Source: Eledone cirrhosa (lineage: Eukaryota). From it: 64,000 bases of DNA. A program made the translations under genes and the position numbers. Below the pieces are notes generated by a model. The model made no database searches. It was not told the origin of the DNA and saw only the letters and a list, made by a program, of their open reading frames with translations. The number at the start of each line of letters is the position of its first letter. The stretch's first letter is position 1. The stretch is from assembly GCA_964016885.1 (NCBI GenBank), contig OZ024742.1:265608001-265672000 (forward strand), in the 5' to 3' direction. This document shows positions 54,540-64,000 of this stretch, in pieces.

Positions 54540-57464
54540 TTGTCCTGCAGGGTGTCCAAAATCACCCTCCTCACCAAGTAAACTTGGTAGGGTTGCCGGT
54601 TTAGTCGTACCGGCCTGCCCGCCCAGCCAGTGGGATGGCGTCAATTTATGGTTAAAACAGCACGAAGATAAGGGCCTTAGTACCCTGCGCGTCAATCGGG
54701 CCACTCCACGACGGCGGAATGCAACCTGAGCGACGAGAGGCTGCTAAGAATCACAGGTTCCCGAAAGTCGCCAAGGAACAGGACTAACCATGCCATATGC
54801 ACCTACAACTGCAGGTCTTTGGCAGGGGCAAGGACTGAACCGCCTAATGGAGGAGAAGATCAGGTGCGACGTGTTAGGACTGTGCGAGACCCGCCAGAAG
54901 AAGGAGGCGAGTTCGCGATGGCAAGATGGATGCGCCTTGGGACTCGGGAAAGCAGAGGATGCCAGATCGGTCGGAGGTATACGGTTCATCGTAAGCAAGG
55001 AATGGACTTCGAAGGTCGCTTCTTACCAGTTCATATCGTCACGGATTCGTGTACTGAATGTGAACCTCTCAGGGAAAGCCACACTCAAGATCGTCCAGAT
55101 CTCCGCTCCCACGAGTGCCAGCGACCACGATGAGGTGGAAGAATTCTATCGCCAGCTAGACAAAGTGCTAGCTCTGAAGTCAACTTACACCGTCATGATG
55201 GGAGACTTCAAAGCACAGGTCGGACAGGGACGGCAAAGGGAAGAGTATGTCGGAAGATTCGGCCTAGGAGAGCGAAATAAGAGAGGAGAGCGCCTGGTCA
55301 CCATGGCGGAGGCGAGACGGCTCTACATCGGAAACAGCCTATTCAGGAAGAAGAGGGAGAAGAGATGGACCTGGGTATCGTCAAATTCTGAGCACCGAAA
55401 CGAGATTGACTACATCTTGGTCGACAAGCGACGCATATTGCAGGACGTCTCCGTCATAACGCCATTCAACACTGGCAGTGATCATCGTCTGGTGAGGGCG
55501 AGGATCGTCATCGACCGGACGAGGGAGAAGAAGGCGCTGCATTTGGCGTCGAAGGAGACGGCATAGACGCTGACTACGACTCACTGATAAGGAAACTGAA
55601 GGAATACTTGACGAAGGCTAAGGGTGTGTACCCGAGGGAGCGGAAGGGAAGAGTCTCGGATGAAACTATGAAGTTGCTTGAGAAGAGGAAGAATATGAAG
55701 AGGACACCTGAAGATCACCTCGAATATTCCCTTCTCAGCAAAGTGATACGTCAACAACTGAAGAGAAACTTCGAGGCATACCGGATGGAGAAGCTCCCGA
55801 AGGCCGCAAAGGAAAAGAAGAGCCTCAAGAAATGCGAGAGGGACATGACAATGTACACATCGGAGGTGACGACCCTGAAAAATACAGATGGAGTACCGGT
55901 CAGCGACAAGAGTGAGTTTGCGAAGACTTCTTCACCAAGCTCTTCAAGTCTGCCGGGAATGTGCAGCCGTTGCCGTCACTCCAACAGGAAGAAAATGTGC
56001 CACCCATCCTTGTCGGTGAGGTCGAAAAAGCCGTCGGCTTGATGAAAAGCGGAAAGGCGCCAGGGAAAGACGACATAACATCGGAGGTGTTGAAGTCAGG
56101 CGGAGAGTAGCTCTGGAAAATCCTCGCCGAGCGATTCACACACTATCTGGACGAGGGAAGAATACCCTCGCAGTGGAAAGAGTCGAATACCATCCTGCTA
56201 TACAAGAAGGGCGATAGAGAAAATCTGAAGAACTACCGACCCATATACCTGCTGTCTCACGTCTACAAGCTGTTCACGAAGATAATCCTGAACAGGTTAT
56301 CACATCATCTGGACGAACAGCAACCGAGAGAGCAAGCCGGCTTCCGGAAATACTAGAGCACGATGGACTACATATTTACTCTGACACAGCTGCTTGAGCG
56401 AGCAAAAGAGTACAAGATGCCTCTTTGCGTCGCGTTTGTAGACTAGGAGAAGGCCTTCGACAGCGTCGAAATGAACGCAGTGCAGGCGCAATACGTTCAA
56501 TTGCTCAGGGAGGCGGGTTCCGGATGCACCACCGACATAGCTCTGCTGTCATCACCCGTACGAGTGCCGGTCGAGAAGGGAGTGAAGCAAGGAGATACGA
56601 TCTCTCCAAAACTTTTCACCGCGTGTCTCGAGCAGATCATCAGAGGCATTGACTGGCAAGGCGGTGTCAACATCAACGGCGAGATACTTACCCGCCTCCG
56701 TTTCGCTGATGACATTGTACTCATCGCTGAAACCACGGATCAGCTTCAGACCATGCTGACGGAGCTCGACATCAAAAGCTCTGCAGTAGGCATCAAGATG
56801 AACCGCATGAAAACGATGTTCATGCGGTCCGACAACGTACCAACAGGTCGAATGGTGGTGAAGAAATAGAGGAGGTGGAGGAATACGTCTACCTGGGACA
56901 AGAAGTGAACATGCGCCGAGACATTGAGAGGAAGAACTCGCGGAGAGTAAGGGCCGGATGGAAGGCGTTCAACGGCATAAGGGATGTGCTCAGGGGGAGG
57001 TTGCACAAGACCACCCGCGCCAACCTCTTCAATAGCACAGTTTTACCTGCAATGTTATATGGCAGTGAAACTTGGGATACAACGAAGAGAGAAGAGCAAA
57101 GGCTGGTAACGGCTCAAAGAACCATGGAGAGATCAATTCTAGGAATCTCGTTGAGAGAGCACACCAGGAGCGAAGTCATCAGACAGAAGTCCGGCGTGAG
57201 GGACGTCATATGCGCAGAAAGTTAAGATGGGCTGGACACGTCGCCCGGTTCACCGATAATCGGTGGACCCGCGCAGTTGCCGAGTGGAACCCGCGCGAGC
57301 GGAAACGACCACTCGGAAGGCCTCCACGAGGGTGGAGTTACGATTTGAAGAATACGATTGAGACTACATGGATGAGGAAAGCACGATCCAGAGAGGAATG
57401 GACTGTGACCAGCAGCGCTGAATGGACGCCCGACAGACTGGTCGGTCAAGGTGATCAAGGTGAT
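54540..57464 (+). mobile_element. Near full-length defective RTE-clade LINE (RTE-1-like, APE-RT)
   Basis: APE DVLGLCETR, MGDFKAQVG, NEIDYIL, GSDHRLVRA (54790-55566). RT NYRPIYLL, KAFDSVE, GVKQGDTISPKLF, RFADDIV; C-terminal RPLGRPP; tail (CAAGGTGAT)2. Confidence 0.95.
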
Positions 57465-57509
57465 ATACATTTATATATATATGTATATATATATATATTT
57501 ATATATAAG

Positions 57510-60500
57510 AGAGTATTGAAGTTTGCTTGAAGCATTGTGGAACAATAAGTAAATATCTTTAAGTCGTTTGGAAGCCTCGACAATGCAAATGGGTAAATCT
57601 CCGGGTAACAAAGTCCGGTGGTGGAGAGAGAGATGTAAGTGGGTGTACGTTGAGATGCGCGGTGTGTATAAGATGTGTGAGATGTGTAGAATGAAGGGAA
57701 GAGTATAGAGGATAAAATAAAAATAACAACACAAGAGAGAGTTACCTTGGGACAGATTTAATAGTCCCTATATATTTCGGATTCACATCCATCAACTGGG
57801 GTTTTTTCCGGGGTGGGGGAAAAGGTTGTCTGTCGGACAAGTCCGGAACGCGTCCTTCGCTGTTTGTTGTTTTGAACATCTGAGGTATTCGGGAGAGCGC
57901 GCGTGCGCGTGAAATGGGGTCGGTCGTACAGAGGTCAGCGGCTGAATGAGGGAGTGGGATGGCGCTAGCTGTCAGTCCATTTTCTGCCTGTTTGTTAAAT
58001 GTTACTGCGTGTGTGTGTGTGCGTGTGTTGTTGTCTCGCTTGAGTGTGTGTGTGTGTGTGCGTATGTTGTTGCCTTGTTCCTCTGTATTGGCAGTGTAGT
58101 ATGTTCGTATGGTGGAATGCTACTGTGTGTGTGTGCGTGTGTGTGTGTAGTTGTCTCGTTTGCGTGTGTGTGTGTGTGTGCGTGTGTTGTGTGTTGTTGC
58201 ATCGCTTGTTAACTTAAACCAGCCATCTCATTTCGCTTCTCTCTGATCGGTTGTTTATTTGCGGTTGCAGTCGTTTGATAAAAAGCACTTCCTTGATACG
58301 TAACGTGCCGACGTTTCTTTCAGTCGCTAGAATTGTGACAACGGGCCTTCCGTCTTTGTTTCCGCATTTTTCTATGTGTTTCCGGAAAGACGAGGCCCTG
58401 GTTTTAATGTGTTCCTTGATCCGGATGTGCAAAGGTCGAATTGTGCTACCTATGTAGTATTGGTTGCACCTGTCACATTCTATCTTATACACGACGTATG
58501 TGCGTAGGCAACAGTTCGCATGGCGTATCGGGCAGTCTCTGAGGGAGCATGCGTCAGTAGATTTTTCGGGTTTCCTGGAGAGGCATCTTCGTAGGGAGGG
58601 GCCCGAGTGGGCCAGGTGGATGTCGAGGCCCTCCCTCCGTATAGCCTTGCGGATAGCGTTGGTGGTTTTCTCGCCCAGGTGTGGCATTTTAAGGAAGCAC
58701 TTGCCTTGAGTGCTTCTCTGTCTCTTGCGTCTGGTGTCTCCTATTCTGTCTGTGATCGAGGTAGGGTACCCGTTCGTCTCCAGCACCTCGAGGAATCGCT
58801 TGGTATGAGTGACACCACTCGCGGGATCGCTGCATCTGTTTTTGATTCGCGCGATCTCTTCGTGATGTATCCTCTTTTGGAACTGTTAGGGAGGGCGGAC
58901 TTGTAGTGAACGAATAGGTCCCTGCAGGCTGCCTTTCGGTAGAAGTTGCAGTGGATCCTTCCCTGTTCCGTGATGTTGATTCGGAAGTCGAGGAGGGCAA
59001 ATGACCCGTCTTCGTTGGGGTGTTCAACACTGAAGTCAATGTTCTCGTCCGTGTTGTTGAACGTCTCATAGATTCTGTTCGCCGTGTCTTGGGAAGATGT
59101 GAGGATGAGGATATCGTCCACGTACCTTGAGAAAAAGGCTACGGCGTTGGGGTGGCAGGCGTTGAGTGCCTTGCGTTCGAGGTTGTCCATGTAAGAGATC
59201 GCTAGCACACCTGATAGGCTTGATCCCATGGGCAATCCCGAGGTTTGTTGGTATATTTGGTCAAGGAATCCGAAATAGGTGTTGTCGACGACGATGGATA
59301 GGAGTTGGTGGATGTCAGTGGTGGTGAGCCCGAAGCAGTGTAGGTCGGTGGATTGGACGCGTTTCATTAGTATATTGACGGCCGGGAGTGCCGGGACCGA
59401 GGTGTAGAGAGCGACTACATCAAGGCTGAAGGCATATCTGTTATTCCTTCTGGTGTCGGGATCCATTTGATGCAGGCGCTTCAACACCTCCTCGGAGCTG
59501 TTAACGTGTCCCGGCAAGGTGTCTAAGATGGGTTTGAGTATTCTGGCTAGGAGCCATGAATTTTTGTAGAGTGGTCCCTCCACGCTCGATACGATGGGTC
59601 TGATTTTCAGGTCGAGTCCCTGTTTGTGTGTTTTCACGAGGTGGTAGAAGGCGGGTAGTCTGCTGTTCCTCGTGAGGAGATTGTATCTCAGCTTCTTCGG
59701 GAGCTTCCGCCGGTCGCAGATGTTGGTCCAGGCGGAGTTGATGTGTTCTTCTATCTGCGCGGGAGTGATTCCCGTGACCTTGGAGTAGAGGTTGTCATCG
59801 TCAAGGTGTTGGAGGGCCAGGGTGTTGTAGGCCTCTCTGCTGATGACACAGAATTCTTTTCCCTTGTCGGAGGGGAGATAGATGAGGTTCTTCGATTTTA
59901 GGTTGGAGAGAGTGGTGATTTGAGATTTGGTGAGGTTATGTGTTGTGCGTGTGTGTGTGTGTTTGTGAAGTATATCCGAGATGGAGTGTTTTAGCCTGAT
60001 GAGTTTAGTGTCGAGTTCGTGGTTGGTAGGTGGGGGTGGAGTGGGTTGTCGGGGTGGTAAGTGAGGAACTTGGGTGGGTTGCGTCGGCGCTGTTATTTTC
60101 TGTGGCGCTGTTGATGGCGGTCACCCATTTAAGTTGGTAAGCGGCTCGACAAAAGTTGGCCTCGATGTTGAGTTTGAGTCTGTCGTCGAGACGTTGTGTG
60201 ACGATGAACTTAGGTCCGAGGTGTAGGAGTTTCAGCTCGTCGATCGTGAGAGTGCCGGTTAGGTCGGTTACCAGGTGCGTCGCATCGTTGAGGTATGACT
60301 CGGTGTTGGTGGTTGCGGCGGTGGCGGTTGTTAAGTTGTTGTTTCCACGTGGTTCTGGTCCGTCTGTTCGTTAGTGTCGATGTTCTCGTTGTGGCGTTTC
60401 GACAAGATCCACTCATATTTTCGCTTGAGCCGTTTTTTCTCGGATTGGACTCTGGAGTGGTAGCACTGGTCGATTGCCTTAGTGATTTTCAGGAGTAAGT

Positions 60501-60560
60501 CTCCGGGTGCTATTGGCAGTCGATGTGTCCGCTCTGAGAGTGTCCGCTTATATATTGTTT
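57510..60560 (-). mobile_element. Penelope-like element (Penelope/Poseidon type): RT + GIY-YIG, few frameshifts, 3' pseudo-LTR
   Basis: PSDKG, IRPIVS, SLDVVALYTSVP, QTSGLPMGSSLS, RYVDDIL, FYRK (58741-59960). VVYKIECDRCNQYYIGSTIRPLHIRIKEH (58214-58786). Confidence 0.95.
57766..57801 (-). ncRNA. Degenerate minimal HHR in the Penelope 3' pseudo-LTR
   Basis: ccc CAGTTGA t ggat-gtga-atcc GAAA tata TA ggg. Stems intact, two core substitutions. Confidence 0.55.
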
Positions 60561-60910
60561 ACTTTCAGCCTTGACAGATATGTAATGTTTGTTTATACCA
60601 TACACTTGAGTTTTCCAGTACCAAGGGACCCCATCTAGGGAGCTGTTAATCTGAGGATTCTTTGCGGACACGTAACCCTCTTATTTTATTTTTATTTCTA
60701 CTTTATATATATTAATAATTTCATTATCTCATCTCAAGTTCCGAGGATCTGCTCCATAATGTTACTTATCTTCCTCTGCACCAAATCAATAACGATCTTT
60801 CCATCGATTGATCCAGAAATATTATATGGAGTAGTGAAACAATTGTAAACTGACATTATTATCCTCTCTTTTTTATATTAAACTGCACTTAATGTTGGTG
60901 AGTTTGTGGT

Positions 60911-61356
60911 CTAAGAGTGAGAAATGAAATTTCGATCCATTTTTTCCATTTATCGTTTGCGGTGCGCCCGGCCGATTATTAGGCTGCTCAGCCGTTAATA
61001 TGCATAAGGAAAGTATATACTTTCAGACGTTCAATCATCTGACAGGAAGGTATACGGTGCCGACGATAGCTAATAAGCTTGAAACTAGTACATCGTTCCT
61101 TTGTCAGTGTTGAACAAAAGGGCAACGATGGTTGCTAAACACTGTACGGCTTAATTCGGGATGTTTGTTTACAAACAAACCGAGCATTATAATAAATGTT
61201 CGGTAAATCCATACGTACATATATATATGTGTGCATATATGTATAATTTATACATATGACTGTACGTCTGTATACATATATGTATGTACGTATACATACT
61301 TATATTTAAGTAACAGCCGTACTAAGAGTGACAAATGAAATTTCGTTTCATTTTTT

Positions 61357-61360
<4 letters not shown>
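60911..61360 (+). mobile_element. Diverged monomer of the 459-bp HHR family (411-bp period, ~39-bp terminal redundancy)
   Basis: CTAAGAGTGA(G/C)AAATGAAATTTCG at 60911 and 61322. HHR 61054-61096: acggtg CCGACGA tagctaataagctt GAAA ctag TA catcgt. Confidence 0.85.
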
Positions 61361-61430
<70 letters not shown>

Positions 61431-61671
61431 ACTTATTAAAAAGGAATCAAAATTGCCAATTAATAATATATATGATGCTCAATGTGTTTATAGATAAACA
61501 TATAGAAGAGATGTTGTTTAAAAAAAAGACAACACACAGTGCTTATACGACAAATTCAGATTATAGAATGGATTCCTTAAATCATTTAATACCCTACAAC
61601 TGTTTCAATACAAAAAATTTCATTAATTGTTATGCTATAAAAGATGGTAAATCAGGGGAAAGAAATATAAT

Positions 61672-62100
61672 TGTTTCTACTTTAGGCACAAGGCCAGCAA
61701 TTACCCAGTGCATTACTGGTACTTTATTTTATCGACCCCGTAAGGAGGAAAGGCAAAGTCAACCTCGGCGGGATTTGAACTCAGATCGTAAAGGGACGTA
61801 ACTATGCTGGAAAGCATGGCGTCCGACTTTCTACCGAAACTGCCAATCCACCTTTTCGGGGGAAAGAAATATAATGGTTTCTTATATAGGCACAAGGCCA
61901 GTAATTTTTTTGGCGGGGAGGAGGAGAAAGTCGATTAAATCGACCCCAGTGCGTGACTGGTACTTTATTTTATCGACCCCATAAGGATGAAAGGCAAAGT
62001 TAACCTCGGCGGGATTTGAGCTCAAATCATAAAGAGCCGTAACTCTATGCTGCAAAGCATGGCGTCCGACCCTCTACCGATACTGCCAATCCACCTTTTC
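61672..62100 (-). mobile_element. Two tandem SINEs at one target
   Basis: Target GGGGA(A/G)AGAAATATAAT seen three times (~61655, ~61859, ~62102). Confidence 0.9.
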
Positions 62101-62569
62101 GGGGGAGAGAAATATAATGAACATAGCCAAGTGTCGCCAAATATCGTGAGAGGTAATAAAATTGACAGAAATCAATAACCCGGCAAAAAGCAGGTTAACA
62201 GGAGTGATGATTGTTTCACAAATGTAGCATGTTACATTTTCACACTAGTGTTGGTGAGCTACACTGTAAACGCTCCCAATAAACTCTGTAAAATAGTTAA
62301 TGAAAGGAAAGACGTCCAACCATTGAAAACCAGCCAAACAAGCGATCAGCAGGAGTTTTCGGCTGTCAAATACATGTCAAACTTGTGGTGCTCCCAAATA
62401 AAATGCACTCGGTAGAACGCAGGAACGTATATAAGAAAAAGGTAGAAGTGAAATGAAGCACGATCCTCCACCGGTCCAACAGAAAAGTCAGTAGTTCCAC
62501 TTGAGTACCGACCCACTATGTGAAGATCCGTCTTATCATTGCCAGCAGGAAACACAGACGTTAAATAAT

Positions 62570-62697
62570 TGTTTCTACTTTTGGCACAAGGCCAGCAATT
62601 ACCTAGTGTATTACTGGTACTTTATTTTATCGACCCAGTAAGGATGAAAGGCAAAGTTAACCTCGGCGGGATTTGAACTCAGATCATAAAGGGACGT
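62570..62697 (-). mobile_element. 5'-truncated SINE
   Basis: TSD AACACAGACGTTAAATAAT (62551-62569, 62698-62716). Confidence 0.9.
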
Positions 62698-63369
62698 AAC
62701 ACAGACGTTAAATAATGATGACGATGAAGATGCATATATTCACTAGGAATGTTTTAAGATGTGATTATATCTCAGCTATATTAGTAGCCGTATGAGAATG
62801 CCGACATTAGATTTAAATAGATTAAATAAATAACGTTATAATTCAATACACCTGCATTTGGTTAAAACGATTCACAACATCGATCAGTCACAAACACTAC
62901 ACATATAGATTTAAGAAAGCAACCATTTAAGAAAAAAGGAAATAATAGAAACTGAGAAATGGGATATACATACACACACACGCACTCCCACACGCGTGCA
63001 CACACACATACACACACACACTGAGACACAGACAGTCACACACACACACACACACACACACATGTATGTATATATATACCCTTCGACATTAAGAAAAAAA
63101 GAAAGCGTGAAAAGTAAGATGCTGCTTCATGCAAAAGCTATAAGCATTTGGTCTTTATGTTCTTATAATAAAGATATATTATGCAGTCTCTCTCTCTCTC
63201 CCTCTCCCTCTTTCCATATATATATTTTTCAGATTTTTCCGATCTTCTCCGATTTTTCCTAATTACCTTTGTCTCTATTTTGATTTCCTTCCCCTTTGCA
63301 TTATCTTGTTTCCCTCCCTTTGCTTTCCACCTTTTTATTGTTTCCTTCCGGGGTTTTTTTACACCCCGT

Positions 63370-64000
63370 CCCCACCATGCCTGACCTGAAATCTTTCCTC
63401 CACCATGCCTGACCTGAAATCTTTCCTCCACCAACTCCACACCCACCTCAAATACTTCCTCCCCCCTCTCCTCCCGCCCTGCTACCTCCAACCCACCCAC
63501 CAACTCTACTACCTCCTCTTCGTTAAGACATGGCATTCCAACCACATCCAATTCCTCAACCGCTGCCTCCATCTCCACTTCATCCCACACAGATTCTAAC
63601 TCCACTTCCACACATCCACCCCCTCACTTCACACTCAACCCAACACAATCTTACCCGCTCCTCTCGTCGCCTCATGTGCACCTCACTTCGCTCCTCCCTC
63701 TCTACCATCCTCAATCTCGACTGCAACTCACCCAAACTCTCCTTCGCCTGTCACCCCTCCACGCCCACTCCATCATTCTCTTCATCCATGACCTCAACCA
63801 CGATCTCTTCTCCTTCCTTACCTCCACCACACCCCAGAAACTCAACTCACTCCTTCCCCAACCTCCACCACCTATCACCCACCCACCTCTGAGACCCCTC
63901 CATCTCCACCTAACTCCTCACGCCCTTCTCCCCACACCACCACCACCCAACCAACCACACCTTCCACTCTCCACTTGATGTCACCACACGCCTAACCTCC
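63370..64000 (+). mobile_element. Probable 5' part of another Penelope-like element (runs off window)
   Basis: HSNHIQFLNRCLHLHFIPHRF resembles the PLE N-terminal HxxFLxxCxxxxxIP motif. C-rich. 28-bp tandem duplication spans the start codon. Confidence 0.6.

Noticed and set aside
54600-54760. Possible HDV-like ribozyme in the RTE 5' UTR (GCCACTCCACGACGGC...GCTAAGAATC)
   Set aside because: I could not build consistent P1/P2 helices by eye. A covariance-model search is needed.

Overview
AT-rich, repeat-saturated animal genomic DNA. The SINE and repeat types suggest a cephalopod or other mollusc (inference). I found no host-gene exon I can support. The window is a nest of mostly decayed transposons: about six Tx1/L1-clade LINE pieces (all on +, one near full length at 38.6-43.8 kb), RTE-clade LINEs, R4/Dong-type LINEs, several Penelope-like elements (PLEs; RT + GIY-YIG at 57.5-60.6 kb, Naiad-like GIY-YIG fragments), two mariners, a pogo/Tigger relic, a complete non-autonomous Helitron, more than a dozen tRNA-derived SINEs and many microsatellites. 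The most interesting signal is non-coding. At least ten minimal type I hammerhead ribozyme (HHR) motifs with palindromic stem III occur here. Several lie in small non-coding, terminally redundant, tandem or head-to-head repeat units (459 bp, 411 bp, 659 bp) that look like retrozyme or PLE pseudo-LTR elements. Sequence evidence also suggests the dominant SINE is mobilised by the Tx1-like LINE. All family assignments and structures were read by eye, and boundaries of decayed elements are approximate.
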